Virus record (IMG/VR): IMGVR_UViG_3300037245_002727
Location: 7,325 to 71,324 of that record
DNA from: a virus
Length of the DNA stretch: 64,000 bases
Reading direction: 5' to 3' (one strand)
Shown: positions 49,701 to 58,730 of the stretch, in pieces
Layout: the number at the start of each line of letters is the position of its first letter
Position numbering within the stretch: the stretch's first letter is position 1
Translations under genes and position numbers: made by a program
Notes under the pieces: generated by a model
What the model was told of the DNA's origin: nothing
What the model saw: only the letters and a program-made list of their open reading frames with translations
The model's database searches: none

Positions 49701-52700
49701 CTATTACTGATTTGACTTTTCGTGTTTCTGCTATTAGTCAAACAGGAGAAGAAGGTGCATATGGTGAATTGGAAGTTACTAACCGAGCGCCAGGAAATGT
49801 CGATGGGTTGCTTGCTATCGGTCGTATGGGAGCAGTAGAGTTCACATGGTATGCAAGTCCTGATAGTGACTTTAAATACTTTAGCTATAGACTCAAAGTA
49901 GGGACGGACGCTTGGTCTATATGGAATAATACAACCGCGACTAGTATATTTCGGATTTTAACGAATGAAGAAAAAGATGATCATGGTAGTGAAGCATCTA
50001 TAAATATGGAGATTCAGGTTTATGATTGGTTCGAGCAATCTTCTTCTGTTATAAGTATAAGTGCTAACTGCGAAGGTTTAGCTATAGACATAACTGATAT
50101 AGATGATATTGGTGTACTATCTACTATCTTTCAAGATGTGCCAGTCATACAAGGTCTTACATTTCAAAATGCTTCACCTTCTGTTGGTTATGTTGCTTGG
50201 TCCGCGCATACGATTTACTTAAATGGTAACGAGTACTTGATAGCTGCTGGTTCTGGGAGAGGCACGTATATTTTATGGAAAGATAAGAAAGAATATTTAC
50301 TTACACAGGACGTGCATCCAACTGACTATAGCAGAGATGTTATGGATACCGTTACGGTTACAGTCAATGATATAACATTGAGTGATGGAGTAGAAAAGAT
50401 TGTTGATACTCTTGTCGGCCCTGCTTGGCATACAACGGGTTCAGGAGTAGGAGCATATATTAAAATTGAACAAGAAGGTAGTAGTGTCAAAGGTTATAGG
50501 AGCTGTAGTATTCTTGCGGAAGATGCTGGCTACACTGGAATTTACTCGATTCAGTATAGTAGTAATGGTTCTGACTGGGATGATGCAGTTACAGACTTTG
50601 CTCCTAATGCTGCTGGTGGTAACTCTATTTCATGGGAGAATATGGGAGCGTATAAATATTGGCGTTTATATTTGACTACTCCAGGAGATGGAACGTGGTT
50701 TGAGGAATTAGAATTTTTCGAACCGAGCACTTGGAAACCAAAAGAAGATTGGATCATTGCTACAGCTATTAATGGAAATCATCAAAAAGCAATTGATGCA
50801 ATTGCTAATCAAGTAATTGGTAGTGCTTGGATTCAAGACCTTGCAGTCACTAATGCGAAGATTCAAGACCTTGCCGTCACTAATGCGAAGATCACTAGTT
50901 TAGACGCTGCAAAGATTACTACTGGTTATTTAAGTGCAAATCGAATCGAAGCCGGTAGTATAGTAATAGGTAAATTATCTGATGGTGTAGTTAATTTAAT
51001 CGCTGACGCTCAAGCCGCTGCCGATGCTGCTCAGAGTGATGCTACTGCTGCTGCTGCCGCTGCTGCTGCTGCTCTGGTGGAGTTAGATGAAATTGCTTCT
51101 GATTCTAAAATAACTCCAGTAGAGAAGTTAACTATAAAGCCGATGTGGGAAGATATAGTAGTAGAAGGAAAACTCGTGACTGGTACGATACCAGTGCAAG
51201 CCTTTTTATTTGGAGTACCAGATACCGATTTTGACACAGCTTTCGCTGCTTTGGATACTTATATATATGAGACCACGCATGTATTCGATAGTATGACTAG
51301 TACTACAACTATTGTCAGAGCTGATTGGGATGCCGCATGGAAGGACTACTATAAAGAGAGGACAGATCTGTTAAATGACATTGCTGCCAAAGCAAAAGAA
51401 TTAGCTGATGCTGCTATGAATGCCGCTGCTGTATCAGTATTCAATGAAATATTTGATGACCCGAATGGAGATATAACTACTCGATGGGTTAACTATCAAG
51501 GGGAAGGAGAACAGGAAATTATTATAGATAGTGGGGCAAATGTTGGAGGCAAACTTTGGAAGTTGGGTAATAATAGTGGAGATGATGAGTATCAAACTAT
51601 CTATCACAAGTCAATTCCATTTCACTCTGAAAAATTGTATCGCATTCGCTGTAGATTAAAACGTATTGCTGGAATCGGTCTTTGCTTGCTTAGTATTTCA
51701 GGACGTAATGGAGCAGATGATGGTTGGGTTGCTTATGATGGAGAGACAAACGGGACAACAGGTAATTATGGCCGTCATGCTATTTTAAGTTCTGAGTTTT
51801 TGCCTCCTGTGTGGCAAACTATGACAGCATATGTCAAAGGTAGGGCTGCAACTGGTAGTAATATACCACATGTCGATCCTGATGATCCGGCAGTACTTCA
51901 TGATGATGTGAGATACTTCAGGCCGCAAATACATACGGGCAGGGGAGATACAGCAACTTATCTCATTGATTATTTTACTGTAGACATAATGCCAGACAGT
52001 TTAGATAATATTCCTGATGGAATTACTTTCGGCAAAGTGGCTGGTACTTATCTATCTGCTGGTAAAGTAGTTATCTCTGGAGATGTAGACAATCATATAG
52101 TACTGGATGGCTTTGCTGGACACATATATATCAACGACGAGACTTTTGGAAACAAGGGTATCCAAGCTGACTATAATGAAGGAGAGCCAAGATTCCATGT
52201 AGGCAATGGTAGTGCAGAATTTTTTAAATATGATCAAGTCAATGGAGTTCAAATATCAACTGAAAAAGAGAATGCTATTACTCTCAAATCTGGTGCGAGT
52301 ATTCTTCTTGAAGATGGAGGTAGTATTAAGCTGGAAGCCGGTGGAGATATCTATATGTCACCATCAGATACTGATCCATCCAAAATAATCTTTAAAGATT
52401 CAGGCATAGGAACTTACGATATAGAGATTCAGCGGATTACTACAAATGATAGACTATCAATTGCGCCGACCACTTATGCGACTTGCGATTTTGAGATTGG
52501 CTCTGTTGGTGGTAGTGTTCGAGAGTTTGCGGAAGTAAATATATCAGCATACTCGTGGGCGACAATGACTGCAAGCAACCGAACAGAGTCAGCAGGAATT
52601 TCTTTTAGTGGGGCACAGGGTGCAGTATTCATTAATGCCACTGGAGGGATACAAATTAGTGCTTCAGGTGGTGGCGGTGTAGATGTGAGTAATTGGCTTA

Positions 52701-52852
52701 AGTTAGCTGTTTTGTCTACTGAGCCTTCGAGTCCTCAGAATGGAACGATGGCGATATGTGATGGAAGTGGCTGGCAAATAATTTCGACAAGAAAAGTTTT
52801 AGTAGTATGGCTTGATGGTGCTTGGATACAAATTGCTTATGGTGCACTATAA
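46787..52852 (+). CDS. Tail tip / host-specificity protein (gpI-gpJ-like, with receptor-binding extensions)
   Basis: N-terminal gpI-like GGDGGK segment; SRNPAWV; Fn3-like repeats; AKIQDLAVTNAKI repeats. Confidence 0.85.
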   Translation: MLDKYDDKKQLVALPFGELEKIKYSKSQSLTEMIKEVNLDILLSPEVNSGRVFVDGVLINKEYWNITIPVEGSVVHIGVVPEGGDGGKIARSIAMIVVMAIAWWAGPAIGVAMFGAGTTGAGIAGGVIAAGIGIAGMLAVNALIPMPGTGREKDSTVESNSMLGINNSSRPYEPVQRLFGTHKFYPPYAIAPFTEVVGDKTIGYYVFCIGKGSYDLDAMKIGENALSNYSEYTMQQGFKDDIDIFSRGDINEENLAVNLTKADGPYTQTTQPLTTEISIDFACNALYGIYDGSGNVAPRTIQFNIEYRPESGGSWVPLTGSNPVNITRKTQKGFSVNFGKSGLAEDTYEIRVSRVTNDDDPPTGTSGYSFTTSSFVWSKLRSIKNTSPWTLDGVTLVALKIRLDGQINAGVDTFNLMVSSLLPAWNGSSWDTAIASRNPAWVYTEVLKGSSNRRAVEDEELDLTGLKSWADECTTKEFYFDGVIENRGTVYNLLRAVASVGRATPGRTVAGKYTVVRDIDQAVRTQLITPHNSWGFSGRKAFQDIPHALKCRFTNSEKDFLPDERLVYRSGYDVDNATLFETHDFPYITTPDHVWKLATYHLAQALLRPEIFNISMDFEHIANKTTRGSKVGFSYDAILVGLGSALVKSVSLDGNDDCTGITMNNSLTMEAGKTYGMNIRRSIDGRQTAGSIVLDLGEHKSITFNPVIPDTDVPAIGDLVNFGEAGLIDLDCMVQSIIPINDSDATLSLVEDAPAVRTADDGYPDSHDSKITHPGKYNEIPYAVAIENISIISQKDTLSILNQTGNITVAVDFSVDATSGVQPDSFQGQYYDQEDIDGEWISLPNILGSDSRTFEVLVQNGLIYDFRVRSVSKYGETSVWDTYYDYLVDYTDLIPNDITGLALIQGGTYWPGVNVEIIWNVPTDLWNVEKFRVFVYETSPMTLLRPSEYVDKNQITYSYTFAMNQEDNGGTPITDLTFRVSAISQTGEEGAYGELEVTNRAPGNVDGLLAIGRMGAVEFTWYASPDSDFKYFSYRLKVGTDAWSIWNNTTATSIFRILTNEEKDDHGSEASINMEIQVYDWFEQSSSVISISANCEGLAIDITDIDDIGVLSTIFQDVPVIQGLTFQNASPSVGYVAWSAHTIYLNGNEYLIAAGSGRGTYILWKDKKEYLLTQDVHPTDYSRDVMDTVTVTVNDITLSDGVEKIVDTLVGPAWHTTGSGVGAYIKIEQEGSSVKGYRSCSILAEDAGYTGIYSIQYSSNGSDWDDAVTDFAPNAAGGNSISWENMGAYKYWRLYLTTPGDGTWFEELEFFEPSTWKPKEDWIIATAINGNHQKAIDAIANQVIGSAWIQDLAVTNAKIQDLAVTNAKITSLDAAKITTGYLSANRIEAGSIVIGKLSDGVVNLIADAQAAADAAQSDATAAAAAAAAALVELDEIASDSKITPVEKLTIKPMWEDIVVEGKLVTGTIPVQAFLFGVPDTDFDTAFAALDTYIYETTHVFDSMTSTTTIVRADWDAAWKDYYKERTDLLNDIAAKAKELADAAMNAAAVSVFNEIFDDPNGDITTRWVNYQGEGEQEIIIDSGANVGGKLWKLGNNSGDDEYQTIYHKSIPFHSEKLYRIRCRLKRIAGIGLCLLSISGRNGADDGWVAYDGETNGTTGNYGRHAILSSEFLPPVWQTMTAYVKGRAATGSNIPHVDPDDPAVLHDDVRYFRPQIHTGRGDTATYLIDYFTVDIMPDSLDNIPDGITFGKVAGTYLSAGKVVISGDVDNHIVLDGFAGHIYINDETFGNKGIQADYNEGEPRFHVGNGSAEFFKYDQVNGVQISTEKENAITLKSGASILLEDGGSIKLEAGGDIYMSPSDTDPSKIIFKDSGIGTYDIEIQRITTNDRLSIAPTTYATCDFEIGSVGGSVREFAEVNISAYSWATMTASNRTESAGISFSGAQGAVFINATGGIQISASGGGGVDVSNWLKLAVLSTEPSSPQNGTMAICDGSGWQIISTRKVLVVWLDGAWIQIAYGAL

Positions 52853-52872
52853 AAAATTGGAGGAGTTATAAA

Positions 52873-53034
52873 ATGGGACAATCAATATCGACGGATAAAA
52901 TGTTTGAGATGTTTGGCAGGGTGTGTTTAGAACGAGATTTATTAATTATTGAAAATCAATTACTAAAGAAAAAAAATGAAGAGTTGAAAGCATTATTTCC
53001 AGACAAAGTAAAGGAGGCGAGCCGTGACGATTAG
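52873..53034 (+). CDS. Small coiled-coil protein
   Basis: SD GGAGGAG. Confidence 0.55.
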   Translation: MGQSISTDKMFEMFGRVCLERDLLIIENQLLKKKNEELKALFPDKVKEASRDD

Positions 53035-53299
53035 TGACAACATGAAAGCAGTATTTGATAATCACTCTCAAAGTTCGGTTGTAGTTGACTTGGTAGGTAA
53101 GTTTAAACACAACAAAAAAGACATGCTCCGGCTGGATTCATTTGTAAATCATCGAGTGGAGGGAGCAAACTTCAAATTGATTCCGGCTGATTTGAAAAGT
53201 ACTTTGAATCGTTATTGGGAACTAGTCAAAAGTTTCAATACGGCTGTTAGTGCTGATGATGATATTCGAGAGCTGTTGGGATGGAAGGAAGGGGAGTAG
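53024..53299 (+). CDS. Hypothetical protein
   Basis: SD AGGAGG with a GTG start. Confidence 0.55.
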   Translation: MTISDNMKAVFDNHSQSSVVVDLVGKFKHNKKDMLRLDSFVNHRVEGANFKLIPADLKSTLNRYWELVKSFNTAVSADDDIRELLGWKEGE

Positions 53300-53305
53300 T
53301 GAGGT

Positions 53306-53354
53306 AACGGGTATAAGCAAGCTGGCCGGTATTGTAGCTTATACCCGTTCCTTT
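53306..53354. terminator. Hairpin between convergent operons
   Basis: 13-bp stem AACGGGTATAAGC / GCTTATACCCGTT followed by CCTTTT. Confidence 0.65.
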
Positions 53355-54091
53355 TAGAAGTGTAGTATTACGGAAGTAGTACTCGCAGAACCAACGGTTG
53401 ATGAAGTGATTTCAATTGACTTCAATAATCCTAAAGTTTCGAACTTAACTTCTTTGTGTTCGTGTTTATCATCATGCTCATTGTCTACCTCCTCCGGAGT
53501 AGCCATTTCACCGAGTTCTTCAACGTCGGCCATTATAAGTTTGCCATTGGCCTTGAGTTGATCATTCCCGTTGTCAATTAACTGCATTGACTTTATCAAA
53601 GCGTCATCCCATGTCAACTCCAATCCATCGTTATTCATCCAGTAGTAATACTTTGAGATGACTCCAACTGTCTTTCGTTGCCGCTGGATATAGTTGCCAA
53701 GAATTGTTTTGTGAATGAGACGAGTCATAGCTGATTTAATTGCCGAAGGGTTTGTCTCAATCATTTCAGAGAGTGCTTTAATTGTAAAGCGTTCTTCGGG
53801 ATTAGCAAGCAGTATAGCAATGATTCCCATACGACAATTACTTCCTGCTTTCTTCATATTGTTTTGGTAGTTAAGTGCGTTCACATGTTTTTGACTCATT
53901 TGTTTTATCTCCCCATGTTCTTCTTTTTCTTGTCTGTGAGTATAGTGTGGGTTTCGATAAGGATATACTTCATCGTCTTCGATAGATTTCCGACACTCCT
54001 CTCCACTCCTTATTTTTTCTTCCATGAGTGCGTAGAGTGGTTTCCCTTGAAAAGTAATGCCATCTAAGTTTTCACTCATGTCTACTCCCAT
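53354..54091 (-). CDS. Putative wHTH DNA-binding protein
   Basis: IIAILLANPEERFTIKALSEMIETNPSAIKSAMTRL. Confidence 0.5.
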   Translation of the reverse strand: MGVDMSENLDGITFQGKPLYALMEEKIRSGEECRKSIEDDEVYPYRNPHYTHRQEKEEHGEIKQMSQKHVNALNYQNNMKKAGSNCRMGIIAILLANPEERFTIKALSEMIETNPSAIKSAMTRLIHKTILGNYIQRQRKTVGVISKYYYWMNNDGLELTWDDALIKSMQLIDNGNDQLKANGKLIMADVEELGEMATPEEVDNEHDDKHEHKEVKFETLGLLKSIEITSSTVGSASTTSVILHF

Positions 54092-54423
54092 TTTTCTTTT
54101 TTGGTTGAACCAACTCCTCCCATACCTCCAAGGACATTTTCTACATTGGGAGTAGTTATCATATTAAAAGAACCGAATGCTTTTTTCGCAAGAAGATGGA
54201 AAGAAGACAATACTTCTTCTGCTTCCTTGAGTTTATCTTCTTTTATTTGTTCGCATTGGGGACATCTTCCAACTTTTATTTCGATACAATCATCCAAGTC
54301 GGCGTCATCACCGTCGAAGACTCTGCGAGCACGAACTCTCCCTCCACACTTGAAGCAGGTAAATTTGAATTGCAAGTTGACATGGATAACATCTTTAATT
54401 TTCAGTGACTGTTTTTGGGGCAT
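54082..54423 (-). CDS. Zn-ribbon protein
   Basis: CFKC...CPQC. Confidence 0.6.
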   Translation of the reverse strand: MPQKQSLKIKDVIHVNLQFKFTCFKCGGRVRARRVFDGDDADLDDCIEIKVGRCPQCEQIKEDKLKEAEEVLSSFHLLAKKAFGSFNMITTPNVENVLGGMGGVGSTKKEKWE

Positions 54424-54817
54424 GTTTTCTCCTCCTGACTTTTAGTTTAATTTCTCTTCTAGTTTTTAGTTTTACTTTCCTCCTGATTTTTAACTTGACT
54501 AGTTTCGTTTCACCACATTCAAGACAGTGTTCTCCTTTATGACATGGCTTGCAAAGGGTTTCCAAGTACCTTGCTTCACAGAGAAGGTGTTTATAAATCT
54601 CTTGAATCATTAAATCCCAATTAGGTATTTTACCAATCTTATGATGGACTTGTACTTTGAATTCTTTGCCTTTAGCCATGGTTTGTTTGCGAAGACATTT
54701 CTGGCAAGTGTAGTTATCTCGCTTCAATGCGGCTGCTCGTTCTCTACTCCTAAGGAACAACCGATGTAAGGCGTTTTTGATTTGACCTTTTGGTGTTTCT
54801 ATTAATCTTTTTCCCAT
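54395..54817 (-). CDS. HNH endonuclease
   Basis: RDNYTCQKC...VHH...LETLCKPCH. Confidence 0.8.
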   Translation of the reverse strand: MGKRLIETPKGQIKNALHRLFLRSRERAAALKRDNYTCQKCLRKQTMAKGKEFKVQVHHKIGKIPNWDLMIQEIYKHLLCEARYLETLCKPCHKGEHCLECGETKLVKLKIRRKVKLKTRREIKLKVRRRKHAPKTVTEN

Positions 54818-55046
54818 TGTCTTCTCTCGGTGCAATTGTTATGCCATGCAATGTCCATGCGGCTTGGTTCATAGGGTGCTTTGAAACTGAAAATCGTTTG
54901 CCTACTCGTATACCTCCAAACCATCCAGGCTCAAGTACTTTAACTACCTCGAGTAGGTAGGTAGTACTATGACCATTGGAACTTATATTGACTATATCTA
55001 CCAAGCATACATAGTTGTCTTCAGTGTACTTCCACATGAAAGGCAT
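54750..55046 (-). CDS. Hypothetical protein
   Basis: Co-directional ORF. Confidence 0.5.
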   Translation of the reverse strand: MPFMWKYTEDNYVCLVDIVNISSNGHSTTYLLEVVKVLEPGWFGGIRVGKRFSVSKHPMNQAAWTLHGITIAPREDNGKKINRNTKRSNQKRLTSVVP

Positions 55047-55050
55047 TTCA

Positions 55051-56052
55051 TCACCCTTTGAAGTTAGCTTCTATCTTCTCGAAATATTCGCGTTCGCATA
55101 ATGAGACAAAACCATATTTGGTAAATACTTTGATAATCTTCTTTAAGGTGACTTTATCTTTAGCTACTTCATAGGGTGGGATTCTTTCAGGTCGGTAGGG
55201 AAGTTTAACTAGTATCTTGTTTCTCCTGATAATCTTCTTCCCTTCTTTGGAAACTATTCGAGCATATATTTTGCCAGTCTTAGTAAGTTGTTTATTGATG
55301 AACTTCAAAGCTTTACTACTCACATGCTTTGGGTCGCTTACTCCTTCAATGCCGGGGACATCATCACTTTCGCAACCACCAATTGCTTTCGCTCTTGCCC
55401 ACTGACTTACTTTGATTCCATACTTCTTGACGAAGAGTCTTTTGGTGAAGATCTTCTCCATCATGAATAGATACATATCAGCCATGTCTAACAGTTGATA
55501 GAAGTCGCCGTCATTGGAGATGATTATTTTCCGGCCTTCTTGGTTTTTCTCCATGAGTAAATGAGCAATGATATCATCGGCTTCAAATCCATGAAAAACG
55601 AAGTTATTATTGAACCCCATGTCAGGTAGTATAACTTTACTCAATTCGACAATTTGTTGGAACATTTGGTTATGTTCGACAATGTCTTCGGCTTCCATTT
55701 GGGCGCGTCTCTCCACCCTTTTGTACTTGTATAGCTTATAGTCATTATATCTATACGTTGCCTTACTGTCCCAAAAGAATATGACGCGGTTTGTTTTGAA
55801 CTTCTCGCATAAGTCAAAGATGCGTCTAATAAAACCGTATATAACGCCTGTGGGTTTGCCGTTATAACTTAAGGGACCATTAGCATGAAAAGCAGCATAG
55901 CAAATTGGCTGACAGTCAACTAGTAATAGGGGAATCCCACCTCGTCTTACGGTCAGAGACTTCTTTGCTAAAAGCTTTTTCGACTTTCCGGAATTTCTTC
56001 GCGGCTTCTTTCCTGATCTTATTTTCATAGCCTTTCCTTTCGATGTAGGCAA
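55051..56052 (-). CDS. 5'-3' exonuclease / flap endonuclease (T4 RNase H or Pol I N-terminal-like; start uncertain)
   Basis: LLVD, YK..R, FEADDIIA, IISNDGDFYQL and SDDVPGI.GV motifs. Confidence 0.9.
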   Translation of the reverse strand: MPTSKGKAMKIRSGKKPRRNSGKSKKLLAKKSLTVRRGGIPLLLVDCQPICYAAFHANGPLSYNGKPTGVIYGFIRRIFDLCEKFKTNRVIFFWDSKATYRYNDYKLYKYKRVERRAQMEAEDIVEHNQMFQQIVELSKVILPDMGFNNNFVFHGFEADDIIAHLLMEKNQEGRKIIISNDGDFYQLLDMADMYLFMMEKIFTKRLFVKKYGIKVSQWARAKAIGGCESDDVPGIEGVSDPKHVSSKALKFINKQLTKTGKIYARIVSKEGKKIIRRNKILVKLPYRPERIPPYEVAKDKVTLKKIIKVFTKYGFVSLCEREYFEKIEANFKG

Positions 56053-57082
56053 TTACTTCTTTCATGCTGGAAAATTCTTGGCCTCTCCATTTCTTTTTGG
56101 ATTTAGTTGAAGGTATACCAACCGCATATTTAAAACATGAAGTCAAATCATCTATACCGTAATCATAGAGTATAGTAAATTCAGCTTGCCTATATGGTTT
56201 CGCAGTTTTATTTTTCTCTATCTTCACTGCTACGTCTATGGAGTAAATCCGTTCTTCTCCGAATTTAGTTCCCTTATTTTTCCTTGCTTCTCTTATCCAT
56301 GCCTCTTGGTGCATAGCATGATCAAAGGCTTTGCCACCGGTTCGATAACTCTGCTTTTGGAATTTGGTAGCATTCATTACTTTCCGGATTTGTGAGACAA
56401 TGATTAATGTGGCGTCAGTACCATTATCACTCATTAACTCAGAAGTTTTGGCGAAAAACCCAGAAGACCATTTCTGCTTCTCTCCATCATAACTACCTTC
56501 CATGTCTGAGCCACTTTTTATTGACTCATTAAATCGGTCAAGCTGTTCGGCAGATCTTAGGAAGTCCCATGTGTCAACTATGTAGAGAAGTGCTTGCCTG
56601 GTTTTCTTGCCTGTCTTGAGTGAAGTAGCTCGCTTGATAAAGTCTCTTCCCATGTGCTGGACATTTGGGCTTCTTATCATTTCGAGTGAGTCTACAAAGG
56701 GGTCTCCAAACATTAACCTTAAAGGGAAGTCCATTACACCTTCAGGATTATTGTAGACAACTATGGGATCGACGACCTTCGGCCAAATGAGAGATTCAGT
56801 AAACGGGAGGAAGTAAAAGAAGTTGGCTGCTGCTTCAAGTGCTAATGCTGACTTACCGGCTGACTTGTCTCCAACGATGTTGTCTACTCTACCCCTTGCC
56901 CAACCACGGTCCCACATGCCACTTAAGGAAAGGTTTAAACGAGTACTACCAGTAGGGAAGTAATCGCATGGGATATCTGACTCTTCTGCTACAGGTCGAT
57001 TTTTCTTGGTAGATCTTTTTGTTTTGAGTTTAACTTTTTTTGAGCTATCTTTTTTGTCTCTTCTATTTTTGAGCTGTCCCAT
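55916..57082 (-). CDS. RecA/UvsX-like recombinase
   Basis: PTGS..LN..L.G...G..RGR...I.G...AGKS, IVD, SQIR, TGGKA and KNK..PY motifs. Confidence 0.88.
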   Translation of the reverse strand: MGQLKNRRDKKDSSKKVKLKTKRSTKKNRPVAEESDIPCDYFPTGSTRLNLSLSGMWDRGWARGRVDNIVGDKSAGKSALALEAAANFFYFLPFTESLIWPKVVDPIVVYNNPEGVMDFPLRLMFGDPFVDSLEMIRSPNVQHMGRDFIKRATSLKTGKKTRQALLYIVDTWDFLRSAEQLDRFNESIKSGSDMEGSYDGEKQKWSSGFFAKTSELMSDNGTDATLIIVSQIRKVMNATKFQKQSYRTGGKAFDHAMHQEAWIREARKNKGTKFGEERIYSIDVAVKIEKNKTAKPYRQAEFTILYDYGIDDLTSCFKYAVGIPSTKSKKKWRGQEFSSMKEVIAYIERKGYENKIRKEAAKKFRKVEKAFSKEVSDRKTRWDSPITS

Positions 57083-57354
57083 GTTTCCTCCACAGTTGTT
57101 AAGTGTACGGAGCTAACCGTCGCATTAGCAATTTGACTTCCGGTTATTTGTTGCGATTGTTGCGAGTCAATTCTTTCGTTTAATAACTCATTGCCGTCAA
57201 TTGTTGAATTGTTATTTTCAGATCGAACAGGTTCAAGTACTCTTTCAAATTTGCCTATCCCCTTGTATCGGTAGTTGAAGCCGGTACTTCGTTTAAGCCT
57301 GTCGATTTCTTTTTGGATTAAGAAAGGTGCTAATTGATCTGTAATGTCTACCAT
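56989..57354 (-). CDS. Hypothetical protein
   Basis: SD AGGTG. Confidence 0.5.
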   Translation of the reverse strand: MVDITDQLAPFLIQKEIDRLKRSTGFNYRYKGIGKFERVLEPVRSENNNSTIDGNELLNERIDSQQSQQITGSQIANATVSSVHLTTVEETWDSSKIEETKKIAQKKLNSKQKDLPRKIDL

Positions 57355-57413
57355 GGCATCACCTAAAAAAAGTGCCAGGGTTTCAATCCTGACACTTCAT
57401 TGAAGTACTTCTG

Positions 57414-58547
57414 TTATAGCAATTCCATTTCGTCGATGACTGCTTCGGCCAACTCTGTCTCATCTTCATAGTCATCCGGGTCGAGTTCCAAATCATTTGC
57501 TTTAACGATTCGCTTGAGTTCTTTCATAGACATGTCTTCGACGTCCTCAGAAGTTAAGGCATTGTCTTCATCATCATCATCATCGTCATCATCATCGTCG
57601 TCGTCCATGTCCTCGAGTTCCTCTCTGATAAGGTTACGAGTCTTTTTGAACTTTGACTTCTTTTTGATTTTGGTAGACAAGTCAAATTTCCTGACAATGA
57701 CTTTTAAATCGTCCATGTCCTCCGCTTCGTTTAACTCTTCCAAACCGGCAGCCGTTGAGTCATCGTCATCATCATCTCTATCGTCGTCCACTCCTGCTCG
57801 TCCTTTACCAGACCCGAAGTAAAGCTCTGTGACTTCTTCATAGGTAGGTATTGGAATCAACTCATCTAAGACGAGACATTCATCTAGCCATCTGTCTTTG
57901 ATCTTGTAGTCACGCGGTTCGAATTTAAACCCGGTATACTTCGGGTAGTCATTCTGACCTTTCGCCGGTTTGACTTCAAATGAGATACTCTTGCCTTTAT
58001 CCGGATTGGCAAAGTCAGTCGTCTTCGAAGGCTTGCCACCACGGGACCGAATCTTGGCAATGTCCATAATATTTTCCATTGAGTAGAAGTAAGGAGCATC
58101 CCAAATCTGAACACCTTTCTTCTCTTCACCCTTGTCATATACTACCACATTGAACAGCACCCAGTTCTTTGGCCGGAGAGGTTTCCACTTTGACTCATCG
58201 GCTTTCTCTTCGATCAAGTCGGCTTGGTGTTCGCAGATTGGGCAGTCACCAAGTCCCATTGCTTGTAGACAAAGTACTCTCGCATTTTGATGCCCAACAT
58301 CTCGGTGCATGTAGTACTCCAAGCGATAAGTATTTTCGCCTTCCGATTTATCAGGATGATTGGGACCGGCAAAGAAGGGAAGTATATCGATGATATGTTC
58401 GCCTACTCCACATTTCCACAAGGGAACATTTCCAATAACGATGGAAGGGTTCTTCCCTTGCTCTGCTTTCTTCCGGTCTTTTTCAATTTGATTGTTCAAA
58501 CCTTTCGCTAACTTCTTTCTTCTTTCTTTAGCAGTCATTTTTCCCAT
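57414..58547 (-). CDS. gp32-like single-stranded DNA-binding protein
   Basis: IDILPF, H...CL...G.CPICE, NV, DF..P.KG and acidic tail; adjacent to RecA. Confidence 0.7.
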   Translation of the reverse strand: MGKMTAKERRKKLAKGLNNQIEKDRKKAEQGKNPSIVIGNVPLWKCGVGEHIIDILPFFAGPNHPDKSEGENTYRLEYYMHRDVGHQNARVLCLQAMGLGDCPICEHQADLIEEKADESKWKPLRPKNWVLFNVVVYDKGEEKKGVQIWDAPYFYSMENIMDIAKIRSRGGKPSKTTDFANPDKGKSISFEVKPAKGQNDYPKYTGFKFEPRDYKIKDRWLDECLVLDELIPIPTYEEVTELYFGSGKGRAGVDDDRDDDDDDSTAAGLEELNEAEDMDDLKVIVRKFDLSTKIKKKSKFKKTRNLIREELEDMDDDDDDDDDDDDEDNALTSEDVEDMSMKELKRIVKANDLELDPDDYEDETELAEAVIDEMELL

Positions 58548-58698
58548 TGTTCTGTCCTCCAGTCTGTTTAAGGTTTTTGTGTTCTTCGAACCACGACTTT
58601 GCTGCCCCAGCTCCTATCATCCGTCCTGCGAAGTATAATAGAAACCCGAGTACTATAGCGCCGAAAATGATTCCCAAACCAATTGTAAGATAACTCAT
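58528..58698 (-). CDS. Small membrane protein
   Basis: Single TM segment; start MSYLT. Confidence 0.5.
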   Translation of the reverse strand: MSYLTIGLGIIFGAIVLGFLLYFAGRMIGAGAAKSWFEEHKNLKQTGGQNNGKNDC

Positions 58699-58730
58699 AA
58701 TGTGCCCCTTTCTCAATTTGCTACTAGTCA

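Noticed and set aside
46787-53299. Diversity-generating retroelement or tail-fibre inversion system
   Set aside because: No reverse transcriptase, invertase or TR/VR pair was seen.
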